Positions 39,513 to 50,110 of a stretch of DNA of 64,000 nucleotides are shown here, in pieces; positions within the stretch are counted from its first letter, which is position 1, and every line of letters begins with the position of its first letter. The notes beneath the pieces were generated by a model. That model had not been told where the DNA came from. It saw only the letters and a program-made list of their open reading frames with translations, and made no database searches. Both the position numbers and the translations under genes were made by a program. Origin of the DNA: Octopus bimaculoides (lineage: Eukaryota); assembly GCF_001194135.2 (NCBI RefSeq), contig NC_069002.1, forward strand, positions 30,858,240 through 30,922,239. Direction: 5' to 3'.

Positions 39513-41051
39513 TAATTTTCTAGAATAATCCTTTAAAATATCTCTGAGAAAATTCCTATTTAGACTCTATACGAACATTTTCAGTTTTGTCTACATTCCT
39601 GTTACGAGTTCTAAGAAATTTTTTCTTACTTCAAGATTTGGCTTGAAAAATAAAATCTACAAAAAATAAAAATAAAAAAAAAGATAAAAAACACGAAACA
39701 AATCTTTGCTTTTATTCCTTTTTGAAAAATTTTTCTTCGAAAATTATTGCACCTTGATGATTTTTTTTTTTTTTTTNNNNNNNNNNNNNNNNNNNNNNNN
39801 NNNNNNNNNNNNNNNNNNNNNNNNNNNNNNNNNNNNNNNNNNNNNNNNNNNNNNNNNNNNNNNNNNNNNNNNNNNNNNNNNNNNNNNNNNNNNNNNNNNN
39901 NNNNNNNNNNNNNNNNNNNNNNNNNNNNNNNNNNNNNNNNNNNNNNNNNNNNNNNNNNNNNNNNNNNNNNNNNNNNNNNNNNNNNNNNNNNNNNNNNNNN
40001 NNNNNNNNNNNNNNNNNNNNNNGGGGATGGGTAGAGGGGATGTTTTCAATCTCTCTCTCTCTTTGATAACTGTTTGCCACCAGCTGCAATTTTTTAATTA
40101 AATACCAATGCATGCATTTTTTACTCTGCATATGCTAACACAACTGACTATTCATACATAAACACCCAGATATACATATATATTAATATTATATTCATAT
40201 ATATAGATACATTCATATTCATATATATATATATACATACATAGATATATATGTATACATACATATATATATACATACACACACACACATATATAGATAT
40301 ATATACTGTAAATATATATATTACATATATATATATATGTATGTATGTAGAGCATACAATATTTAGCATAAGAATCTATTGTTTATATACATTTTCCCAC
40401 AAATCCATATATATATACTCACACAAAGACATACAGACAGATGGACAGACAGACAAGCGTGCAGTTGAAAACTTAATTCTTAACATGATGGAACAGTTTG
40501 GTTATATACCCAGATGAGAGTCACTGGATGTTTCATATAATGGTGCATAAGACACACTTATATGTGCTTTTAATCATATCCACTAAACAATTAATGTTAA
40601 TATGTTACATATGGAAATAAAAAATAAACAATTCAACAACGATTGGACAAATTTTCATCAAATTAATAACATAACATAGAGATACGAGTTGCCAAAAATT
40701 ATCAGTGAAAATCTGGAAAAACTTTTCACTCAACCTGGTAAAATTTGCCCTGTTTCTTAATTATACTATATGTTACATATTTATTATATCATACCTTGAT
40801 ACTGTGTGGACTAAGATCCCCATTGACTGAGCACTGGTATTTATAGAGTGTTAAACACTTTTGGTATGCAAATTAGGGACTCCTTCATACAGTAACTGCT
40901 GCATTTATTGAGTATATAAACAGTTGGGCTGCTTGTTTTGCTGGAGATTGACAGAATGATGAAGATACCTTTGGTGAGAAACCAAATGGTTGTTCATCAT
41001 TTTCTGTGGAGAAATGACTAAAATTTTGCCCTATTATATATTTATATATAT

Positions 41052-41230
41052 TAGAGCGTCAGGCTCACAATCATGAGATAGTGAGTTTGATTCCGACTGG
41101 ACTGTGTTCTTGAGCAACACTTTATTTCATGTTGTTCCAGCTGGTGTCAGGCCTTTCCCTTGGACATAGACAGGCAACTGCTGGTCTTCCATAAACATTG
41201 TCCAGACTTGAGGGGAACTTTCTAGGTGAA
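41052..41230 (+). mobile_element. SINE-D, degenerate
   Basis: GGCTCACAATCATGAGATAGTGAGTTTGATTCC..TGTGTTCTTGAGCAACACTTTATTTCA. Confidence 0.65.
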
Positions 41231-41404
41231 ATAGGATTTCATTATGGTCATTCATGATTAAAGGGAGCCTTTACCCCATATATATATAGTAGTATATATA
41301 TATATAATGTGATATATTGATAGAAATGGCAAGGCAACAAAAGAATGAAAGAGACCTTGAGATTATGTAAATAGAGGAATTTATCTGTAAATATAATATA
41401 GTAG

Positions 41405-41472
41405 CCATGATAAAACTCTGAGTTTCGGATGTCGGGGCGAAAATCCACGCCGGCATCTCTTCAGTTTCATAG
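41405..41472 (-). ncRNA. Type I hammerhead ribozyme motif, probably PLE-associated
   Basis: Minus strand: CTATGAAA-CTGAAGA-GATGCCGGCG-TGGATTTT-CGCCCCGACATCC-GAAAC-TCAGA-GTT-TTATCATGG. All core boxes are present and stems I-III can form. Confidence 0.7.
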
Positions 41473-41561
41473 AAAAAAATTCCAAAGGGAAATTACTGTG
41501 TGATTGACAAAAGCGCTATTAGAATGACCGCTATGTGATATATGTATAATGTATGTAAATG

Positions 41562-41608
<47 letters not shown>

Positions 41609-41859
41609 TATTATATAAGATATATATATACATATATATATATAATGATATCTGTTGACACACAAAATAGTTTTCTGTGCATAGAAACTCAAACACTCAC
41701 ATATTAATAAACATATATGATAGTATATATACATGTTCTCTCCTGTTGAAGACAATGAATGAGCTTTCAGCTTATGCCAAGAGACTTGTACAAACGATTT
41801 GTTTATAGCGATCAAATATGTGTGCTGTACATTAGCTCACTCTCTCCATCAAATCAATG

Positions 41860-42012
41860 TTGTCTGAACAGGTGCAAAGTGTACTACATGTCAGGTGTTG
41901 AAGTGAGATGAGGAGTTTTGCTCAATAAGACAATGCACTACCTGGTCTAGGAATTGAAACCACAGTCTCACAACCATCAGTGCAACACACTAACCAGTAG
42001 GCCATGCGTCCT
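41860..42012 (-). mobile_element. tRNA-headed SINE 5' part (SINE-D related)
   Basis: Minus strand GAGGACGCATGGCCTACTGGTTAGTG..GTGGTTTCAATTCCTAGACC..TTGAGCAAAA. Confidence 0.6.
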
Positions 42013-42533
42013 CACATACACACACATACATATATACATACACACACATATGCTCACATTTATGGTTAAAATTTAAAAAAACCTAAATAAAAAATACAAA
42101 GAATTTTTTCCATATTTCAACTTTGCACTTTTGGCTTCCAACTCTTTTACTCCTTGAATCTTTTAATTCTTGCACTGTTGCACGGTTGACTCGTAGAAAG
42201 ATTGCTGATATTCACCATTCTTTTACATTTCACACCTTTTTCCAATTCTTCTTAATCTTTGACTTTTTTCCATATATTTTTTTGATCTTTGTTCTTATTG
42301 TTCTTCTTTGGTCTTTTGTTTTTTTTTTCCTTCTTTGTTAATTTCTTTTTTCCTCCTCCTTTCTTTTATGTCTCCTCTGTTTTCCTCCCCCCCCCCCGCA
42401 ATGAAAAAGTTATCTCCCCTATTTCAGCCCTCTTATTACAATTCTCTCTCTCTCTCTTTCTTTCTGTCTCTCTCTCTCCCCCCTCTCTGTTCAACCTATT
42501 TCTACCAGATTGGTGCCACATCTTACTATATAA

Positions 42534-42750
42534 TTCTTTCTACTAAAGGCACAAGGCCTGAAATTTTGGGGGAGAGGACTAGTCGATTACATCAACCCCA
42601 GTGTTTAACTGGTACTTAATTTATCAGCCCCGAAACGATGAAAGGCAAAGTCAACCTTGGCAGATTTGAACTCAGAATGTGAGGACAGACGAAATGCTGC
42701 CAAGCATTTTGACTGGTGCACTAACGATTTTGCCAGCTCACCGCCTTAAC
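42534..42750 (-). mobile_element. SINE-B with a 13-bp TSD
   Basis: TCTTACTATATAA at 42521-42533 and 42751-42763. Confidence 0.92.
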
Positions 42751-42812
42751 TCTTACTATATAACATATGTTAACACTATGATACTAAGACACTATAATGC
42801 TCTTCTCTAGGT

Positions 42813-43007
42813 TAGGAACAAGGCTTGAAATTCTGGGAGAGGGGACTAGTTGATTACATTAACCCCATTCCTTGGCTGGTACTTAATTTTATTGGCCCTG
42901 AAAGGATGAAAAGCAATGTCTGTCTTGCCAGCATTTGAACTGAGGATGTAAAGTTGGAAGCAATGCAGCTAAGCACTTAACCAGACATACTAGTGATTTT
43001 ACCAGCT
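42813..43007 (-). mobile_element. SINE-B, older copy
   Basis: Aligns to SINE-B. Confidence 0.85.
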
Positions 43008-43017
43008 GAAATGCTAT

Positions 43018-43235
43018 AAGGTGGCAAACTGGCTGACTTATAAGCATGCTGGACAAAATGCTTAATGGCATTTCATCTGATTTTATGTTCTTAGTTCAAA
43101 TACTGCCGAGGTCAACTTTGCCTGTCATCCTTTCAGGGTCAACGAAATATGTACCAGTTAAGCACTGGGGTTGATGAAATTGACTCTCACCCCACTCCAC
43201 CAGAACTTAAGGCCTTGCGCCTATATTAGAAAGGA
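43018..43235 (+). mobile_element. SINE-B, head-to-head with the previous copy
   Basis: AAGGTGGCAAACTGGC..GAGGTCAACTTTGCCTGTCATCCTTTCAGGGTC. Confidence 0.88.
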
Positions 43236-43239
43236 CATG

Positions 43240-43990
43240 AAAACACTGTGACACTGTTGTACGGTGCATTTAGATGCTAAAATACTGTTACTATTATGAC
43301 ACTTAGATACTAAATCACTATGAATCTATGATACTAAGATATTTGTATACTATGACACTGCAATACTCTGAAACAATGATATCATGATATTATGAAACTG
43401 TAATATGATACTATGAAAGTATGACACTCATATACTATGACACTACTACTCTATGATACTATATCACTATATCACTGAGATATTATGACAATAAGAGTGT
43501 ATGACACTAAAACACTATGATACTATGTTACTTTGACACTAAGTATAATACTAAGACTATAATACTATAATAGTATGATTCTAAGATACTAAGACAATGA
43601 TACTATGATATTATGGCACCAAGAGTTTATGACATTAAGATACTATAACATTATGACACCAAGACAATATAACACTAAAATACTAAGAAACTATGATACT
43701 ATAGTACTATGGCACTTAAGTACTATCACACTAAAGTACTATGACATTATGATACTAAAACCCTGTGATACTAAGATATTAACATACTATGAACTTATGA
43801 CACTATGATACTATAACACTAAAATACTATGACCCTTAGATACCATTTTACTTCGAGACTATGATAAAATGACAGTATGGTACTATGACACTATGGTATT
43901 ATGACACAACGATACAACAATACTACAGTACTATGATACTATGGCACTATAAAACTATGACTCTAAGGTACTGTTTCTTTGATAGATGAC
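43240..43990. repeat. Degenerate (ACTATGAT/ACTATGAC)n minisatellite
   Basis: Seen directly; the same motif also appears at 42770-42800. Confidence 0.9.
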
Positions 43991-44039
43991 ACTATACCCT
44001 GCTCTCAGTCAACTAACATATTGCTTCATCTTTCAAGTT

Positions 44040-44995
44040 GGTCAAAAACGATGGAGTGGAGATAGTATCAGCCCAGCCAGTTCCAAGAAATGGTGGGGTG
44101 GGGGGAGCATTTTAATAGTGGTAGAATAGGCACACAGAGAGGAGACAGCACACCTAGAGACCATAGTGTATCTATGACTGGTTTTTATGCCAGTCACTTG
44201 AGGGGTCCTTTTCTGGAATATGGATTAAGATGTCTGTGTGTGCAACTACAAGACTACAGTCCCAGACTTGAGAACAACACATCCATTATAGGCACCACCT
44301 GGTCTTTGTTGAGTATCAATAATTGTTGGGGGAAGAAGTATTTTGTCCTCAAGTGAAAGGCCAGTTGTTTTGGATGTGGTCCTATGTTAATATGTGCTTT
44401 TGCTAGAAGAGGTTTTCATTGATACGGAGGTCCAATATTTATTAAGCAATCATTGAAGCTCCAATTAAGGGCTGCTCATTAATTAATGAGAAGTGTTGTG
44501 TGATGATATATTTCTCAATAGGAGTAGCATTTGCGTTTTCTAGCTGTTGAAAGAGATAAGACTGGCACCTCTGCATTGGAGGTCTCTGTTCATGGAGTCA
44601 GTGATGTTTAGTGGTGTGAGGTCCAGGTTGGAATGGGGTGATGCATGGTTGGAGAATGTCCTTGAGGAATGGAGAGTAGGGGTCCTTTGTGTAAGTATGG
44701 GTGTTGCAGGATATGGTGGTAAGTTATGGACGGAGAGAAAGGAATGAGGGACAATGCTGAGCCATGGGTCCATGTCAGAGTTCACAGAACGAGGAACACA
44801 AAGAGCTTCATTATTACACATTACTAATTAGAAGTTAGCAATCCAAGAGATGAGAGATGGGCAGAAGCCATAGGCATGTGGTAGTTTTGAGAAGAAATTT
44901 TCATGCTAAACATAGTTGAAAGTATTGTTGATGTCAAGAACAATTAAGTTGCTTTCATCAAATTTCTTCAAGGTGAGAACTCAATTGTGAGTAAT
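44040..44995 (-). pseudogene. Degenerate CR1/Jockey-group non-LTR reverse transcriptase fragment
   Basis: Piecewise minus-strand translation: ESNLIVLDINNTFNYV*HEN..KLP.AYGFCPSLISWIANF..TLHSS..DSMNRDLQ..LISFNS*KTQ..KYFFPQQLLIL..CSQVWD. These align with RT domains 3-7; many stops and frameshifts. Confidence 0.72.
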
Positions 44996-45008
44996 GACTG
45001 GAAATTTA

Positions 45009-45040
<32 letters not shown>

Positions 45041-45042
<2 letters not shown>

Positions 45043-45230
45043 AAGAATAAAAAGTTTAGAATGGTATAACAATGCACTATAGAACAAAAAATGGACTATA
45101 TACCTGTTGTAACTTGGTTATGTAATTCCGTAATATCATCAGACTATAGATAACTAAATTACAACAGGTATATAGTCCATTTTTTGTATTATAGTGCATT
45201 GTTGTACCATTCTAAACTTTTAATTCTTTA
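45041..45230. repeat. 81-bp inverted repeat with a 28-nt spacer
   Basis: 45041-45121 versus revcomp 45150-45230: 75/81 identical, no gaps. Confidence 0.92.
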
Positions 45231-45779
45231 CAAACAATACACAATGCTTCAAGCGAACTACAATACTCTTATATATATATATATATATATATGGAGCACA
45301 ATAAGTAAGATTTATTGCATTTTTGACTTAGAGGAAAAAAAATTTTTCAACAAATGTTCACAACCTTACAAAAACTATATCAGTAAAGCAAATGACTGTC
45401 TCTAAATGCAATAAAAATGCTATAACATAATCTGAGCACTATTTCAGAGAATTATTTCCATTCTCTATGAGAATATAAAAGACAAATTTAGATGGGGCAA
45501 AATGAGTAAATCATCAATTCTCCAGAATTTCATTTGGAAAGACTCATACACGTCAATATCCATCCATAAACATCAAAAAGAAGAGAAATGCTGCAGAACT
45601 GAAAAATATCAAATGAAAGAGGATCATGGAAAAATGACATGATATGAAATTAATGAAACTTGACTAAATCTAAAAATTCAACAAAAAATATCCTCTACAG
45701 CTTATAATCTGCTGGAGTTGTTCTCTTCATGATATATTTTTATGCACCATGAAGTTAAGGAGAAGAAGTTATTGAAATT

Positions 45780-46595
45780 AGTCATTAGTCATTTTGACCT
45801 GTTTTCATTTTGAAGTGATGTCATGGGAAAAGTTACATTCCAAGAATATACCATGGTCTCAATGAAGAAGATCTGAGCCAAAGAATGGTGTTCTGTGAGT
45901 GGCACTTGGCAAAGTGTCAAGAAGATTCACTTTCCAAGATTGTTTGGGGTGATGAAGTTACAATTAAATTAAATGGTTCAATTAACTGCTACAGTCACAC
46001 CTGCTGGGAATTTGTGAATCTTCTTATTCATCATCATGATTTAATGTTTGTTTTCCATGCTGGCACAGGATGGATGGGTTGACCAAAGCGGGCAAGGTCG
46101 GGGTCGCACCAGGCTCCATTGTCTGTTCTGGCATGACTTCTACAACTGGATGCCCTTCATAATGCCAACCACTTTACAGAATGTACTGGGTGCTTTTTAT
46201 ATGACACCAGCACCAGCACTAGTTCTGCTGTGGCGGACAGGTCTTCTTGAGAATAGCCAAGCACCAGACATCTCAGTTCTTTGTCATCTCCTTTGCAAGG
46301 CTTGATGTTTTCATATCAGCCTTCGATATTATGGAGGAATATCATGTTAATTTACCAGGAATTACTGGATAGTGCCACTTATCATCAAAAGGAATAATTA
46401 GATGATTCTCTTTTGATGGTACCATGACTCCTGTTTTCTGGAACTTGTGACAATCTGCCAAGCCAAGCATTCGAGAGGACTTAAAGATGTGAAGTTTTAT
46501 ACTGAGTAAGATTGGACACTCCATAATATCATAGTAATTTAATAAACACTGAATTTATAGTCATTCAATGGATGTATATATATTTTCGGGACACC

Positions 46596-46597
<2 letters not shown>
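45780..46597 (+). pseudogene. DD41D-type (rosa/Visitor-like) Tc1/mariner transposase relic, split by an RTE insertion
   Basis: ILK*CHGKSYIPRIYHGLNEEDLSQRMVFCEWHLAKCQ..KIVWGDEVTIKLNGSIN..[insert]..IMEEYHVNLPG..LSSKGII..FDGT. The right end TTTTCGGGACACCCT is the revcomp of a CAGGGTGTCCC-type TIR. The subfamily call rests on motif style because the last Asp is deleted. Confidence 0.75.
46028..46315 (-). mobile_element. RTE-type LINE 3' end nested in the transposase relic
   Basis: (CAT)n..TTTCCATGCTGGCAC..GGATGCCCTTCATAATGCCAACCACT. Confidence 0.85.
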
Positions 46598-46644
<47 letters not shown>

Positions 46645-47183
46645 CGGCTGACAGTTCAAAATGTTTGATGAAGTGTTTGGATGTGTAACTCATATTATAT
46701 AATATATTGTATAGAAATAAACAGCTATGCTATCAAAACATACATAACATAATTTAAATGAAAGCTACAATATTCATGTACCTATATATATATATATATA
46801 TACATGTATGTACAAATATACATACACATATACTGAGTTGGTCATAGGTAAAATGCCTTAGATCATTGGTAAGTTTGGTTGAATTTGACAGATTGTCAGA
46901 AATCAACTGCCAATTCCACAAATTGGTAAGTGACAACATTCTACAAGACACAATTGATGATAATTCCATTACAATGTTTTAATGTTGAAACAATGTTTTT
47001 TCTCTTTTCTCTTTCTCTCTTGTGTGTGTGTCTCTCTCTCCCTCTCTTTGTTTCTCTTTATTTCAGCAATGACAGCCCAAGTTTTGGTTCCTGTTTCTAT
47101 GACAGAATCTTATTTAATCTTAAACATCGAAATTACAAAATTATTAATTAATATAAAATTTTACAAATTTTCATTATCGGTAG

Positions 47184-47322
47184 AATGATTTAACACTTTC
47201 TCATGTTGTTTTCTTTTTCTTTTTTATATTTTCCAGGTAAGTTAACGAGATACTTCATCAATGTTGCTATCTTCTGTAAGAATATCAGATATCTAACATT
47301 AATGGTAAACATTCAGGTAAGA
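47184..47322 (+). other. Recursive-splice (ratchet)-like site with an 80-nt downstream exon candidate
   Basis: TTTAAC branch-like motif, 51 nt free of AG with a pyrimidine tract, TTTTCCAG|GTAAGT at 47236/47237, and a second donor CAG|GTAAGA at 47316/47317. Confidence 0.5.
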
Positions 47323-47677
47323 CTTCTCTCCCTCTGTCCATGTCTGTCTGTTCCTATTTTTATTGAACCAAAAGGATTATATGAATAAAACATGATACTA
47401 CAAACCTATTGGTCTTTGGTTCAAACCCACAGCCAATATTTTATTTTGTCTTTGAGTAGATCATTTAATTTTACATGCTGTAGTTTATCTAGATGTAGGG
47501 AACAGGGACTAGATTTGAGCCTTTGAAACCTGTAATAGACCATCGTTATAATCCAGGTGAGGTTACCCCTCTTTCATTTATTTGCAGAAATGACAGACCA
47601 GTAAGGTGACTCCCTATGCTTTTACTTAATCTTCCAGAAATAGTAAAATCCTTATTAAATTTACCTTACCCTCTTAA

Positions 47678-48294
47678 CCCTTTGGCATTTAAACCAGCCA
47701 TACCCAACCAAAATATTTTAGCTGTTTTATGTACAAAGTGGCCAGATCTAGCCTCTCACACAAGCCCTGTAATGTCGTTCTAAAAATTAAGAGTTACCTC
47801 ATCAAAATCTCATTCATAGCTACATTATTGGCACTCTGTTAGTTATGACGACGAGGGTTCCAGTTGATTCGATCAACGGAACAGCCTGCTCATGAAATTA
47901 ACGTGCAAGTGGCTGAGCATTCCACAGACACGTGTACCCTTAACGTAGTTCTCGGGGATATTCAGCGTGACACAGAGTGTGACAAGGCTGACCCTTTGAA
48001 TTACAGGCATAACAGAAACAGGAAGTAAGAGTGAGAGAAAGTTGTGGTGAAAAAGTACAGCAGGGTTCACCAACATCCCTGCCAGAGCCTTGTCAAGCTT
48101 TAGGTGTTTTCGCTCAATAAACACTCACAACGCCCGGTCTGGGAATCGAAACCGCGATCCTATGACCACGAGTCCGCTGCCCTAACCACTGGGCCATTGC
48201 GGCTCCACCACAGCTACAAGATTACGCATAATTAATTTAAAACATGTGAATAAATAAGCATTACTTTTGACTGAGTAATCTCAGTGCTAAAGGG
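47678..48294. mobile_element. MITE-E with TTAA on both sides, interrupted by SINE-D
   Basis: TTAA|CCCTTTGGCATT ... AGTGCTAAAGGG|TTAA. Confidence 0.9.
47825..48208 (-). mobile_element. Full-length tRNA-headed SINE (SINE-D tail, different head) with a 10-bp TSD
   Basis: CATAGCTACA at 47815-47824 and CACAGCTACA at 48209-48218; CpG-rich and young-looking. Confidence 0.9.
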
Positions 48295-48298
48295 TTAA

Positions 48299-48512
48299 AT
48301 TGGCCTTATCCAGCCAAAATATTTTATCTGTTTTTTTATGCACAAAGTGGTGAGATCTGGCCTCTCACACAAACCCTGTAATGTCATTCTAAACATTAAC
48401 AGTTACCTCATCAAAGCCTTGTTTATAACTATGAGATAGTGCATGACTAATTAAAAACATGTGAATAAATTAGAATTACTTTTGATAAAATAATGTGAAT
48501 GCTTAAAGGTTA
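48299..48512. mobile_element. MITE-E, second tandem copy
   Basis: Colinear with the preceding copy and joined at the internal TTAA. Confidence 0.85.
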
Positions 48513-48717
48513 TGTTACATTATGAGGAACACTTTAGCTGACGTGATTCTTGATGCACTGGGTCCTTGGGAAGGGATGAAATGGGCACTTGTTCAAGGAG
48601 GACCGAGGATTGTGAAACCCATTTGTGTGTTTAGCCTTTACTCGAAGTAATGAAAGAGCCTCTATGTGATCAGTTGACCATCTAGAAATAGCAGCCAAAT
48701 CACCATGATGTGATTTC

Positions 48718-48935
48718 TGGTTTAGGCAAAAGGCCAGTAATTTTGAGGGAAGGGGAGGGGAAGGGATAAGTTAATAACTTCAACCCCATTTGTATAACTG
48801 GTACTTTAGATTATCCTTTCGATAATCTAAAATACCAGCTGTAGTGATGAAAGATAAATTTGAGATGGGATTTGAACTCAGAATGTAAAGACTTGGAACA
48901 AATACCACAAAGCATTTCTCCTGCGGTTGGTGGTT
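48718..48935 (-). mobile_element. SINE-B, degenerate
   Basis: GGCAAAAGGCCAGTAATTTTG..GGATTTGAACTCAGAATGTAAAG. Confidence 0.75.
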
Positions 48936-48940
48936 GGTGA

Positions 48941-49255
48941 TTTATATATCCAGACCTCTCTCTTGTAAGAATATCTCCTTCTCTGAACATGCCTTGGGTT
49001 TGTTACTGGACCTCTTTTCCAGAAATATTTCTCCCTTGTGGTTATCCTAGGGTTATATAGCCAGATCAATCTCTCAGTAGTGGTGAACGATTTACATAAC
49101 TAGAACTCTCTCATAGAAATGTTCCTTCTGCTGTAGATGTCCTAGTTTATATACCCAGACCCTTACATGGAAAAATAGTTTCCATCCCTTGAGATTACTC
49201 AGGGCTCATATAACAAGACCCTTATTCCAAAAGTTTCCTTTTCCTTCCCAATGGA
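48941..49255. repeat. Cryptic ~55-bp minisatellite, about six units
   Basis: Unit resembles TTTATATACCCAGACCTCTCTCATAGAAATATTTCTCC..CCTAGGG. Confidence 0.65.
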
Positions 49256-49639
49256 TTTTATCCAATCAGAAACAGCAGTTATCACACTAGCACTACAGCA
49301 GAATATATTCATGAGAAGTTTCTATTTTTAGTGTTTTTTCCCATTATAAATATCAAGAGCAACTTTTCCTTTTCGCTTGTGTCTTGTTATTTACCTTTCT
49401 TTCACAATGTATTATTGATCTGGGACAAACAAGATTTATATTGATGTCAGTCAAACTGTAACAAACCAGATGACAAAATATTGAACCAAGCAACTTTAAA
49501 AATAAAGCTGAGTAGTAAATATTCTCACAAATGTTAAGCAGTGTGCAGTATCTTGCTTCGCCTTTGTATCACTATGTTGGTGTGGTCATAGCTGCCGTAA
49601 GACTTGACGCAGCTCTATATGACTGATTCTCGATGATGC

Positions 49640-50110
49640 GGTACTCTACAATACACTGGATACACCTGGTTTGATACAAAGGATACTATATGGAAAGCTG
49701 TATATAAGTCGCCCCTACAAAGTAACAATCTGCACTACATGGTCTTCAACTGGTTCTCTACAAGTTGATACCTTACACATAATTGTCTGTAACTAGTTCT
49801 CTACAAAGTGATACTATACAACACACTGGATGCAACTAGTTTGGTGGTACAAAGAGATACTATAAGCTAAACTCTCAACAACTCAGTCTTTATAAAGTGA
49901 AGCAGTACACTAAACTCTCTGCAGCTAGTTCTCTACACACTGGATGCAACTAGTTCTCTACAACTGGTTTTCTACAAAGTGATACTCTACTCTAGATTCT
50001 CTACAAGTTAAGTTCTTTTCAAAGGGATTCTCTACAAGTTAGTCCTCTTCTAAGTAACACTCCACATCAAACTCTCTACCATTGGTTTTCTACAAAGGAT
50101 TCTGTACAGT
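49640..50110. repeat. Degenerate tandem repeat (ACTAGTTCTCTACAAAGTGATACT, CACTGGATGCA)
   Basis: Recurrent motifs seen directly. Confidence 0.75.

Noticed and set aside
3813-40131. Long ORFs spanning N runs (poly-X with YI/CV repeats)
   Set aside because: Artefacts of gaps and dinucleotide repeats.
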